Source: Okamejei kenojei (taxonomy: Eukaryota). Taken from it: DNA of 64,000 bases. The position numbers and the translations under genes are program-made. Below, piece by piece: positions 25,995 through 38,744 of this stretch. The stretch's first letter is position 1, and each line of letters opens with the position of its first letter. The stretch lies in NCBI GenBank assembly GCA_035221665.1, contig CM069164.1:12338001-12402000 (forward strand), read 5' to 3'. The notes below the pieces were generated by a model, which ran no database searches, was not told the DNA's origin, and saw nothing but the letters and a program-made list of their open reading frames with translations.

Positions 25995-27594
25995 CAGTGG
26001 CTTGCAAAAGTTTTCATACCCCTTGACCTTTTCCAGATTTTGTCACGTTACAACCACAAACGTAAATGTATTTTATTGGGATTTTATGTGATAGACCAAC
26101 ACAAAGTGGCGCATAATTGTGAAGTGGAAGGAAAATGATACATGGTTTTCAAATGTTTTTACAAATAAAAAACTGAAAAGTGTGGCGTGCAAAAGTATTC
26201 AACCCCCTTTACTCTGATACCCCTAAATAAAATCCAGTGCAACCAATTGCCTTCAGAAGTCACCTAATTAGTAAATAGAGTCCACTTGTGTGTAATCTAA
26301 TCTCAGTATAAATGCAGCTGTTCTGTGAAGGCCTCAGAGGTTTGTTAGAGAACATTAGTGAACAAACAGCATCATGAAGCCCAAGGAACACACCAGACAG
26401 GTCAGGGATAAAGTTGTGGAGAAGTTTAAAGCAGGGTTAGGTTATAAAAATATCCCAGCTTTGAACATCTCACGGAGCACTGTTCAATCCATCATCCGAA
26501 AATGGAAAGAGTATGGCATAACTGCAAACCTACCAAGACATGGCCGTCCACCCAAACTGACAGGCCGGGCAAGGAGAACATTGATCAGAGAAGCAGCCAA
26601 GAGGCCCATGGTAACTCTGGAGGAGCTGCAGAGATCCACAGCTCTGGTGGGAGAATCTGTCCACAGGACAACTATTAGTCGTGCACTCCACAAATCGGGC
26701 CTTTATGCAAGAGTGGCAAGAAGAAAGCCATTGTTGAAACAAAGCCATAAGAAGTCCCATTTGCAGTTTGCCACAAGCCATGTGGGGGACACAGCAAACA
26801 TGTGGAGGAAGGTGCTCTGGTCTGATGAGACCGCAATTGAAGTTTTTGGCCTAAATGTAACACGCTTTGTGTGGCGGAAAACTAACACTGCGCATCACCC
26901 TGAACACACCATCCCCACTGTGAAACATGGTGGTGGCAGCATCATTCTGTGGGGATGCTTTTCTTCAGCAGGAACAGGGAAGCTGGTCAGAGTTGATGGG
27001 AAGATGGATGGAGCCAAATACAGGGCAATCTTGGGAGAAAACCTGTTAGAGTCTGCAAAAGACTTGAGACTGGGGCGGAGGTTCACCTTCCAGCAGGACA
27101 ACTACCCTAAACACAATTGAATGGTTTAGATCAAAGCATATTCATGTGTTAGAATGGTCCAGTCAAAGTCCAGACCTAAATCCAATTGAGAATCTCTGGC
27201 AAGACTTGAAAATTGCTGTTCACAGACGCTCTCCGTCCAATCTGACTGAGCTTGAGCTATTTTGCAAAGAAGAATGGGCAGAAATTTCAGTCTCTAGATG
27301 TGCAAAGCTGGTAGAGACATACCCCAAAAGACTTGCAGCTGTAATTGCAGCGAATGGTGGTTCTACAAAGTATTGACTCAGGGGGGCTAAATACTTTTGC
27401 ACGCCACACTTTTCAGTTTTTTATTTGTAATAAAATTTGGAAACCATGTATCATTTTCCTTCCACTTCACAATTATGCACCACTTTGTGTTGGTCTATCA
27501 CATTAAATCCCAATAAAATACATTTACGTTTGTGGTTGTAACGTGACAAAATGTGGAAAAGTTCAAGGGGTATGAATACTTTTGCAAGCCACTG
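25995..27594 (+). mobile_element. Near-full-length Tc1 DNA transposon (1600 bp), 213-bp TIRs with IR/DR structure, TA TSD
   Basis: TA-CAGTGGCTTGCAAAAG...CTTTTGCAAGCCACTG-TA. TIRs at 25995-26207 and 27382-27594 differ at about 10 positions by eye. Each TIR has inner and outer direct repeats (TGCAAAAGTATTCA.CCCC). Confidence 0.97.
26374..27376 (+). pseudogene. Tc1 transposase, DD(34)E type, disrupted by a frameshift near 27115
   Basis: Paired-like HTH, GRPPK, WSDE, KHGGGS, QQDN and SPDLNPIENLW motifs are split over ORFs 26374-27120 and 27146-27376. Confidence 0.93.
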
Positions 27595-27705
27595 TACGTG
27601 TTTTCATGTTTATGTATCTTCTTCCTGACAGGAGAAAAGAGTGAATTACCACAGTGTGTGTGGTGCTTGATTATGTTGGCTGCTTTCCTGAGAGTGGGAA
27701 TACAT

Positions 27706-28316
27706 GGAAACATAGAAAACAGGTGCAGGAGGAGGTCATTTGGCCCTTCGAACCTGCACCGCCATTCATTATGATCATGGGTGATCTTCCACAATCAGTA
27801 ACCCGTGCCTGCCTTCTCCCCATAACCTTTGATTCTGCTAGCCCCTAGAGCTCTATCTAACTCTCTTTTAAATTCATCCAGTGAATTGGCTCTACTGCCT
27901 TCTGTGGCAGAGAATTCCACTAATTCACAACTCTGGGTGAAATAGTTTTTTTTCTCATCTCAGTTTTAAATGGCCTCCCCTTTATTCTTAGACTGTGACC
28001 CCTGGTTCTGGACTCCCCCCATCATTGGGAACATTTTTCCTGCATCCAGCTTGTCCAGTCCTTTTATAATTTTATACGTTTCGATAAGATCCCCTCTCAT
28101 CCTTCTAAATTCCAGTGAATACAAGCCCCCACTCTTTCCAATCTTTCCTCATATGACAGTCCTGCCATCCCGGGGATTAATTTCATGAACCTACGCTGCA
28201 CTGCCTCAATAGCAAGGATGTCCTTCCTCAATTTAGGAGACCAAAACTGCACGCAATACTCCAGATGTCTCACCAGGGCCCTGTACAACTGCAGAAGGAC
28301 CGCTTTACTCCTATAC
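27706..28316 (-). mobile_element. CR1 (HER1-like) LINE 3' portion
   Basis: LLQLYRALVRHLEYCVQFWSP motif and CR1 3'UTR. Confidence 0.9.
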
Positions 28317-29999
28317 AGATGGATTTGAATGGGGATGTGGCTGGTTTGCAAGATTGACTGGGCTGTGTTTGCCACTCCCTGAAATTTCTTGTGGTCTTGG
28401 GCAGAGCAGTTATTATACCAAGCTGTGATGCATTCTGATAGGATGTTTTCTATGTAGAAAATGGTAAAAGTTATTGAAAACATGCCAAATTTCCATAGTC
28501 TTGTGGAGCTGTGTGTGGGAAATTATAGACTTAAGTTGTCCGACAAAGGGGCCTGGTTATGCTCTCATTCACACAACTACATGCTTACAACATAGTACTG
28601 GTTTGGGGCTAATCTTTGTGTTTTTCTCTTTGTTATGCTTTCTGCCCCCAGAATCTTTCTTGCCTTCAAATCATCAGGAGCCACGCTAAGGAATTACCAA
28701 GCCACATAATATGAACATAGGAAAATATTATGTAGAAATTTGATCACCCTGCTTCACTTTCAGCATGTTATGATTGTAAATTTACCTTACCTGATTGAAA
28801 CCTGTTAACAATCATCTCCAGGTCATATTGTTACCTCCTAAATATTCTAATGGGCATAATTTTCTTGAGTCCCACACCAAAACTACAATACCTAGCCCTG
28901 ATTCCAGCCTCAACCCAGGCCCCAATCTTGCCCGTCATCAGCCAGCCCTCTATCACAATTCATCCTTCCCATTCAAAACACTTGCATCTGGGCACATTTG
29001 CAAAAACTAAAAATGTGTGATAATCTCAAGTTTACAGCTGTAGACCATGACCAAAACAGTCATTAGGCTACAGCCTTCCATGCAATTGGGTGCAGTAGAA
29101 TCCCTTGGCCCCTGAGCCTTCAAATAGATACCAGAAATTCAATCTGCCCCTTGACATTATACAGATATATTTACTCTGTCATGGGTTTATTTAATCTCCC
29201 AAGTCTTCTAGATCAACATAGATAAACCTAAAGAGGATTATGACGCTGCACCCCACTCCACCCAAAGGCATTTGAGCATAAATGTCAGGATACCTGTTGC
29301 ATTTGGGCAAAGACATTGAATAATAATATTCAAAACAAGGTCAGAGCCATAGGGATCTTTGCTAATGACTGAAGTGAGTTATTATCATGAAAAGTGAGTA
29401 TAGAAGCATTTATCTATAAAATAATTAAAAGTATTGTATCAAGTGCACTTGTGTAGATTATGAGGAAATGTACATTACTTTCATTTAGTCACACTTCCTC
29501 AATGAAATACTGCAAAATATCTAACATATTTCAAAAGCCCTGATTGGCTGATGTTTATGACCATAATCAATCATTTTAAGTTCAATGACACTGTCTCAAA
29601 TATAAATGAACAAGAAGAAAGCTCCAATGAACAATCTGCAAAGCTATTACAGTTGGAAAGGTACTAATCGAACACAGACCAGCAGCATACACGACAGGAG
29701 CCAAGCACTATGAGTGAGCTTTCGCACCTCTTTTTAAATTAGAAAAGCTTATAACATTTATAAGATGATTGAGGACATACCCGTTATGCCTTTAGAAGCT
29801 CGTTAGCAATTTGTAAAGGTCTATCAGCTCTTCTGAGGTCCAAAGGCTGAAAATTATATATTTTTTTTAGGATCAGATACTGTCTTTTTTTTAAACAATG
29901 GTAGAATTGAAGAACTGACATTTTATTTTGGTGATATTGATGAGGTGTCAGAGCAAAAGCAGGAAAGTATTCCTGTTTCACAATGCAAAATTAGATATT

Positions 30000-30200
30000 T
30001 CATGTTCTCCTGAGACGTTTATTTAACATTGAACAAGATAGCATCTCCAACAATGCAGCACTCTCTATAGTACCACAAATGGTATTGGTTTATCATTATC
30101 ATGTGCACCCCAATACAGTGACCTAGATTTTATGCTGTTGAAATTTAAACCCATAGACCTCTGACATAGTCCTTGGTGTTACTATCTGGGCCGCAACTGG
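30000..30200 (-). mobile_element. Degenerate Deu-SINE 5' remnant
   Basis: GCATCTCCAACAATGCAGCACTCTC...CCTAGATTTTATGCT...AAACCCATAGACCTCTGAC resembles the reverse complement of the recalled SacSINE1 head. Confidence 0.45.
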
Positions 30201-30219
30201 TACTGCTCAATAATGGGTC

Positions 30220-31160
30220 GTTAGCAAATTTGCAGATGACACAAAGCAGTGTGAACTGTGAGGAGGATGCTATGAGAATGCAGGGTGACTTGCAGGTTGG
30301 AGGAGTGGGCAGATGCATGGCAGATGAAGTTTAATGCAGTTAAATATGAGGTCATCCACTTTGGTAGCAAAAATAGGAAGGCAGATTACAATCTAAATAG
30401 TGTCAAGTTGGGAAAAGGGGAAGTACAACGGGATCTGGGGGTCCTTGTACATCAGTCTTTGAAAGTAAGCATGCAGGTACAGCAGGCTGTGAAGAAAGCG
30501 AATGGCATGTTGGCCTTTATAACAAGAGGAATCAAATATATGAGCAAAGAGGTCCTTCTGCAGTTGTACAGTGCCCTAGTGAGACCACACCTGGAGTATT
30601 GTGTGCAGTTTTGGTCCCCTAATTTGAGGAAGGACATTCTTGCTATTGAGGGAGTGCAGCATAGGTTTACAAGATGAATTCCCGGGATGGCGGTACTGTC
30701 ATATGCTGAGAGAATGGCGGGACTGTCATATGCTGGGCTTGTACACTCTTGAGTTTAGAAGGATGAGAGGGGATCTCATTGAAACATATAAGATTGTTAA
30801 GGGTTTGGATACGGTAGAGGCAGGAAACATGTTCCCGATGTTGGGGGATTCCAGAACCAGGGGCCACAATTTGCGAATAAGGAGTAAGCCATTTAGAACG
30901 GAGACGAGGAAACACTTTTTCTCACAGAGAGTGGTGAGTTTGTGGAATTCTCTGCCTCAGAGGGCGGCGGAGGCGGGTTCTCTGGATGCTTTCAAGAGAG
31001 AGCTAGATATGGCTCTTAAACATAGCGGAGTCAGGATATATGGGGAGAAGGCAGGAACGGGGTACTGATTGGGGATGATCAGCCATGATCACATTGAATG
31101 GCGGTGCTGGCTCAAAGGGCCGAATGGCCTACTCCTGCACCTATTATCTTTTTTCTAATG
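30220..31160 (+). mobile_element. CR1 (HER1-like) LINE, young 5'-truncated copy
   Basis: KFADDTK, WQMKFN, DLGVLV, LVRPHLEYCVQFWSP and FFSQRVVSLWNSLP motifs, then the 3'UTR. Confidence 0.93.
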
Positions 31161-32559
31161 TGACGGATCACTTTTCACAAGCCAACCAACATTTTTCAAT
31201 GGAAAATAACTACCTGGGAAAGGTAGAGATTGAAGAGGATTTACATTAAACACGTGCAATAGATGTATGAATCATAGCAAACAAAAATCAGAACATTCAG
31301 CAGACAAAATGATAAATCTGAGAGTAGAATTACAGCATAAATGAGCAAAGCCTTAAATATATAAGGTACTTCATTATGTCAAACTTAAAATCAGAATGCA
31401 CTCGCAGATTTAGAAAATCAACCATATCACAGAGCACAGTATAGATCTGTATTTCTTAGCTGTCAGGTTCTGGTTAGTGATGCTGTTCTGTCTTCTTCCA
31501 ATTTTGCATTGGAAGCAAACAGTCTTGCCGGCAATTAACTTCCAGGGCCACCTGAGACTGCACTGCTCGCATTAAAGCAATCCTCTTTATCATTGCCACT
31601 CTTTCTTTTAAACATCCAACAATAGATGGGAAGTGAACCTTAATGAAGGGGGCTCTCAATACTAATCCCCTGAATGATATGATTATATTCCAACCCCTGA
31701 CCTCTGCCAGCCTCTAGTCTATCCTTCACAGTGATCAACGCTAGGGGTGTGCAAGGTCTATTGACTTGCATGTAATACAAGAAATTATTTTGGTTACTTA
31801 ATTGTTACACAGTGGAAGTGTTAGGCAAGAAATCAAGCTTGGTTTTTAGTGCTGCAAGCAGCAGAGAATTGTTTAAATCAATACAGTAGTTTGTCAGACC
31901 CATTCTCAAAGGAGACTGCCCATCACTGCGTGGTCAGGAGGCCCCATTGTCTGTCCTTATTGAATAACAGATAAGCAAAGTCAGCAGTGCACATTATCAG
32001 AAATCAAACGAGTGCACTGACAAGAGGTTCAGCCTTTCAGTGAAAGGCTATATTCACTGTCTGGTAATTAAAAAACATTTTATCAGTTTGTACTCAAGAT
32101 GGGAACTCCCTGAAAGATTCTCTGACAAGACTGAATACCAATGAATGAACATTACGGTACTCGGAAATGAGCATTTACACTTCTAAAAGTAATGAATTAA
32201 ATTGGATACTGTAAGTTAAAATTTGCCATTTAAAAAAAAAAAATTGAATTTTGTTCACCTATAATTTCAGGTTCGTAAAAGAGATTTAAATAAAACTCTC
32301 AACATCTCAAATCACATCATTTTCAAATAATTATTTTAAGTACTGAAGATTATACCATTGTCGTATGTATTACCTAATGCCAAGAGAGATCTGTTATCCG
32401 TTGCTAGCATGGTCAGCTGACAGAGGAATTTTCAGGACCGTACGACTCTTTTAAAAAAACAAAATAATGTCATCCTCAATAAGAACCACTGAGGTGTAAT
32501 CAGTAATAGCCAGATTTTGACATGTTTTAAATTCATAATAGCTTGTAAATAAGTAGCCC

Positions 32560-35250
32560 TATTGACATATCAAAATATCTTATGATATTTCACAGCATTA
32601 TCAATGTTACCGAGAGTGATTAGGTACGTAGGAAGTTTGGTCAAAGTGGTAGGTTTTAAAGAAACATCTGAGAGATGGAAAAGAGATTGGGAAGAACTGT
32701 GGGCTTTGGTTGTTGAAGGCCTGGCTGGCACTGGTAAGTCAATTAAAAATAGTGATAATTGAAATGCATTGCTCAACTGGGAGCCAATGAAGGTTATCAA
32801 GCACAGGATGATGGAAACGTGGAGCTGTAACTTATGTCACAGAGAGCAGTTTTGGATGAGTCTGTTTTTGAACTATATAAAGGAAATGAAGAAGGATCTC
32901 ATCCCGAACCATCACCTATTCTTTTTCTCCGGAGATGTTGTCTGACCAGCTGAGTTGCTCCAGTTTTTTGTGTTTCTCTTCAGCTGCAAATGTGTTGCAG
33001 CAGTTCAAACTGTAGGTAACGGAGGCTTGGATGAGGGGATCAACTTACCAGGAGGTGGAATCAAATGATGTTGCAGAGAAGGCAATAAGCTGTGTTGTTG
33101 ACAACACCACTATGATGACAACATCCTGGGAGTTTGTATAATAGTTGTGAACAATCTAGTTCTGGTCCAGCTGGATGCTCAACAGAGGCATTGGAGGAGG
33201 ATGGTGTGGTCCAGTGTTGGTTACTATAAATGTGCTCAGACAGATGAGGTAGATTATGTGTTTTTATAACTTGAGATGTCATTTGTTTTTCTATGGGGGA
33301 TATTCCGGTTGTGTGGCGAGGGCTTGATTAAGGGCTATTTTAGGAGAGATGTATACATGTGTAGGAGGCTCAATAATGGGCAAAGACTCAAGAGTGTCTT
33401 CAGTCAAGAGTGTTTTATTATCATAGGTCCCGGATAGAACAATTAAATTCTTACTTGGAGCAGCACAACCAAATATGTAAACATAGTGCACGCGCACACA
33501 CTGACAGTGCAATTATAACAATAATAGTCTATGTAGTTCAGAGCTTAATACAGGTTGAAAAGTTTAATAGCCTGATGGTTGTAGGGAAGAAGCTGTTCCT
33601 GAACCTGGACGTTAGTTTTCAGCATCTTTGGTTTTCAGGCTCCTTTAGGTTTTCAGGCGCCTTCTTCCTGATGGCAGGGATGAAAGGTGCCTTGTGGCCA
33701 GGGTGGTGCGGGTCTCTGATGATGCTGGCTGCCTTTTTGAGATAGCAATTTCTTTGCACCTGGGCATTAAAGTTGCCGTACCAAGCCATGATGCAACCAG
33801 TCAACACGCTAGAAAGTAAAGGTTGAAGTAGTTTGCAAGGACTTCTAGATCAAGTTTATTTTAAGGAAAACTAGGAATGTCAAACTTGAGGGAGATGGTA
33901 TCAGCCGCTGTGGAGGAGCCGGTCGCATTATCTACTGACAAGACAACTATAAAGAGAAATTAAGCGGCCAGTAATTTAGTTTGTGTAAGGACAAAGGCAA
34001 CACTCAGTAATTTCATGGACAAAAGGATGAAAATATAAGGAAATCCATGAGAGAAAATTAATACTGATTGATCATGGATGGATCCCATATATTGAGAGAA
34101 GGTAATCAGCAGCAGATTTAATGGATTTCTGTCCCCATGACCTCATTACACTAGTTAGAAATGTGAAAATGGTGTTTAAAGAAATGACCTGCAGTGTAGG
34201 AAAGAATCCGAGGTAATTTTGGACTCCTGGCAAAATGGATGTCTTTACAGATGTGGACAAGGCCCAACAATGATCGAGTCATGAAGCCTAAACTGGTGGC
34301 TCATCATTTCCATTCTAGTCCCATTTCTTGAGCTTCAGGATGTGAAGATGGACACTAGACAGTGTCCAGTTTGAGACTGATATATGGTTTAATGAGGATT
34401 AGGACCTTGAAGTAATGATAGGAATGGCAGAACAGATAGATGGCTGCCAAAATGTTCTAGTCCGAAGAGGGTCAAAGGCTAGATGGTTGCGAAATTTAAA
34501 AAGCAAATATGTGATTTGGAAGAAAGTTTTCCAAAGTGGACACAAATAATGGATTTTTTTTTCATGAGGTAAGGCTGATATGAGTGGATAGCATACACTG
34601 CTGTCCAGATGACCCTGCCTGTGACCAGACTACTCGTAAGGACATAAAAGGTGGCAAGGTTGTGAGAATGACATTGAATAGAACAGTTGTGTTTTCGCAG
34701 AGAAATATTTGAAGAGTGGAGAGTAGTAAATTCACAGAACAGTAATCAAGATAAATTGACATGGAAGTGAAATCATTGAGAATGAGATGTTGTTTGTTGC
34801 AGTAGCTGATGGAAAAAAATAGTGAAAATATCAATACTTTGTTTGGGTGGAAATTAGAGAATGGGGATTTTATACGTGACAAAAGTCTTGAAAATGATGT
34901 GGAAATTCATTCCAAAGCCGTAAGCCTGTGAATGATCTTAAGGGAGATGCAGAGACAAGCCAGTCCACTGCTGAAGTGCACAGTCCACTGTGGGATGGGT
35001 AGGTTGGACAGGATCAGATTTGCAAGATTTGCTCTGTCATTTTATGATCAGTCAGTAAGAAAGGGTCTGTACTTTATTAATGATATCCACTGCAAGACTG
35101 AAGTTTTCTCAATCCCTACTTATCATCACGAGGTATCAGTACAGGGAAATCAGTGGTTCAAAAAGCTGACCCATCAATGTCAGGACAACTGAGAACAATT
35201 TAGAAAAATGAACGGCATTCAAATTCCAGGAATGAAAAATAATCAGTGAA
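32560..35250 (-). mobile_element. Old L2-like LINE remnants with nested Penelope-pLTR and Rex/Babar-like (33385-33810) fragments
   Basis: LDYCS-type motif in ORF 34562-34882; LTGCIMAWYGN...YLKKAASIIRDPHHPGH in ORF 33619-33807. Boundaries are uncertain. Confidence 0.45.
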
Positions 35251-36057
35251 TTGAGCAATTTGGGGAACGGAATCCATGATTTTTGATTTTGCTGATAGCT
35301 GATAATAAGAGGAAATTTCAATTGTGTTTTTTAATTCAATGTATTATTTATTATTTGCTCTGTGAGCTTCATATGAACTACAAATTTCATTGCACCCTGG
35401 TGTATGTGACAGTATGTTCATCTGAAAATCCTTTGTAAAAGGTTAAATTGAAGGGACAGGAAAGAAAGGCTTAGAATTTGAAACAGTATACAGCATTATT
35501 CATAAATTAGTTGTTTGCATCTCCAAAGTTGTATTATTGGTAATTTATTCTATTCTTTTTTATCGTGTTTTTTTTCTCTTCTTTCTCACTATCTATAAAA
35601 ATAAAATAAACAAATAGAAGCACTTAATATATAATTGATAAATGAGGATCCCTAATACTCTGATAGCTGGAATCCCATCTATTAACAATATGTAATTGAT
35701 ATACTAAATGTGTTTTGATTATGATATGTACATGCTTCTAATAAAAATATTATTTTTTTTAAAAGAGTTGTTTGCAAACTTGTAACATAAAGTTGTCAAT
35801 ACACATGAAATAGTAATCTCACAGATGCCGCAGGGTGCCTCGTGAGGAACTGAATTTAGTTTTGCATCTGAGCACATTGTTATCACTACAGTTTATAGAT
35901 GTGATGGAGTTATTTTCAGATTACCCAAAACCCTCAAAATAAGAACATTTCATCCTTCCAAACATCAAGCACTATAGAATTTATATTTATATTAAAGGCC
36001 AGGCTGTACACCAATAGCACTGACAAAAATAAGAGTCCAACAAAGGGCATTCGTGCC

Positions 36058-36080
36058 TTTATTCTGAAAAATAGTTTATT
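36058..36080 (-). terminator. Two candidate AATAAA polyadenylation signals for C15orf61
   Basis: TTTATT on the + strand at 36058-36063 and 36075-36080, about 60-80 nt past the stop codon. Confidence 0.45.
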
Positions 36081-36136
36081 TTTCTCAATTATTGCACGAA
36101 CTCTGAAGTCAAGACCAGTTGCACTCAGTATGATAT

Positions 36137-36264
36137 TCAGTGTTTGGCTCTTATATCTTCCTGGTAGAGAAAATAAATGTTCACAGGGCCAGAACGAGTG
36201 TGAATAATCTCAGTGACACTGACAAAAAACCATGCACCGATCCCATAGGCCAAACACGGGATAC
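36137..36264 (-). CDS. C15orf61: C15orf61 orthologue, last coding exon: (G)IPCLAYGIGAWFFVSVTEIIHTRSGPVNIYFLYQEDIRAKH*
   Basis: Acceptor CACAG|GT, phase 1, matches the upstream exon. Translation parallels recalled human GIPTLLYGLGSWLF..VTETVHT..GPITVYFL..ED. Not in the ORF track. Confidence 0.92.
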
Positions 36265-37332
36265 CTGTGGAGTTTCCAATAGAAGAGTGGAGGAAAAATA
36301 GAATAGGTTACATGGCATACTGAACAGACTGAGGCTTGTATCATTTATATTAAGAAAATTCTATTATAGTTCTCTTCTGAAACTGTTTAATTATTAGCTG
36401 GTCCTCTAGATTTGAGGCTCTACAAACAAACCTTTCCTTGGTAGCCTTTTATTATTTAAGAAGGGTAACAAGAACAAGCCATGGAACTACAAGTCAGTGG
36501 TGGGAAAGTTGCTGGAAGGGATTCTTGGGGAAAGTATCTACCAGCATTTGGCTGTGCAGTGAATGGTTAGAGAAAGTCCACATGGCTTGGAAAATCATGT
36601 CTCATAACTCCGATAGTTTTTCTTTGAAAAGGTCACCAAGAAGATTGATCCTCTTCAAAAGGACAGTGGACATGGTCTATATAGACTTTAGTGAGGCCTT
36701 TGACTAAATCCTACATGGAAGGTTCAATCAAATGAAATTTAGGTGAGCTAGCCAATTTGATTCAAAATTGGTTTGGAGCAAGCAGTCGAAGGGTGGTTGT
36801 GGAATGTTTATTTTCTGGTTTGGACTGTGACCAGTGGTGTGCCATGGGTCAGTGCTGAGTCCACTGTTTGTTTTGGATGTTGACGACTTGAATGACGATG
36901 TAGTTAACGGAGTGATTAGTGTGAGGGTCAGATATTAGCAAAAAATAAGTATGGGATCTGCTGTTGGTAGATGAGGGGCAATGGTGGATGTGCAATCAGG
37001 GACTCTAACAGGGGTTTTGATAATTAAGGTTGGTGTGTCCAGAACTCGAAAGAGATCAGTTTGAGTGATTAGAGTGTGATTGAGAGAACAGGGTGGTAAA
37101 TGGTTGGCCACGGGTGGGAGTGGCAAGGCTTGAAGTGGAGCAGGTATACTTGAACTAGGTTCTCAGCTCCATGCTCAGACCTGCTCGGGGAGGTTCAATT
37201 TAAATTGTACTTTACTGAAGCAAGCAATACTGTTAAAATTATGTTTGGTTTTCTAGCTTCCCTGTTCTCTACTTTCTGAATGCTCTCCTAAAAATAAAAA
37301 CCTCAACTTTGCCATTTCTTTTCAAAACTTTC

Positions 37333-38235
37333 AATAGACAATAGGTGCAGGAGTAGGCCCTTCAAGCCAGCACCACCATTCAACGTGATCATGGCTGATC
37401 ATCCACAATCAGTACCCCGTTCCTGCCTTCTCCCCATATTCTCTGACTCCGCTATCTTTAAGAGCCCTATCAAGCTCTCTCCTGAAAGTATCCAGAGAAC
37501 TGGCCTTCACTGCCCTCGGAGGCAGAGAATTCCACTGACTCACAACTCTCTGTGTGAAAAAGTGTTTCCTCATCTCCGTTCTAAATGCCTTGCCCCTTAT
37601 TCTTAAACTGTGGCCCCTGGTTCTGGACTCCCGCAACATCGGGTATGTGTTTCCTGCCTCTAGTGTGTCCACACCCTAAATAATCTTATATGTTTCAATA
37701 AGATCCCCTCCTCATCCTTCTAAATTCCAGAGTATGCAAGCCCAGCCGCTCCATTCTCTCAGCATTTGACAGTCCCGCCATCCCTGGAATTAACCTTGTG
37801 AATCTACACTGCACTCCCTCAATAGCAAGAATGTCCTTCCTCAAATTAGTGGACCAAACCTGCACACAATACTCCAGGTGTGGTCTCACTAGGGCCCTGT
37901 ACAACTGCAGAAGGACCTCTTTGCTCCTATACTCAAATCCTCTTGTAATGAAGGCCAACATGCCAATCACTTTCTTCACTGTACCTGCATGCTTACTTTA
38001 ATTGACTGATGAACAAGGACCCCCAGATCCTGTTGTACTTCCCCTTTTCCCAACCTGACACCATTTAGATAATAATCTGCCTTCCTGTTTTTGCTACCAA
38101 AGTGGATAACCTCACATTTATCCACATTAAACTGCATCTGCCCAACCTGTCCAAGTCACCCTGCATTCTCATAGCATCCTCCTCACAGTTCAGACTGCCA
38201 CCCAGTTTTGTGTCATCTACAAATTTGCTTATGTT
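37333..38235 (-). mobile_element. CR1 (HER1-like) LINE, young 5'-truncated copy in the C15orf61 intron
   Basis: ORFs 37695-37979 and 37409-37672 carry the CR1 RT C-terminus; closely similar to 30220-31160. Confidence 0.93.
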
Positions 38236-38348
38236 CAAAGCTCAATCTTCTTAATTTTCTCTTCTAAGGTAGAATAATCTTTCTACAACAAATGCAGTAT
38301 ATATCACTGTCATAATAAATGTTCCATCTGAGTGCCACAGCGCTTTCA

Positions 38349-38744
<396 letters not shown>

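Larger units (their letters stand above)
25710..28510 (-). mobile_element. Rex1/Babar-like LINE 3' fragment, split by the Tc1 element (25995-27594) and a CR1 (~27706-28316)
   Basis: IENILSECITAWYNNCSAQDHKKFQGV, LRKAANIIK and SRFNNSFFP motifs are colinear once the two inserts are removed. Confidence 0.7.

Noticed and set aside
30220-38235. Inverted CR1 pair flanking the last C15orf61 exon as a circRNA driver
   Set aside because: The exon is terminal with no downstream donor, and one CR1 copy lies about 5 kb past the likely poly(A) site.
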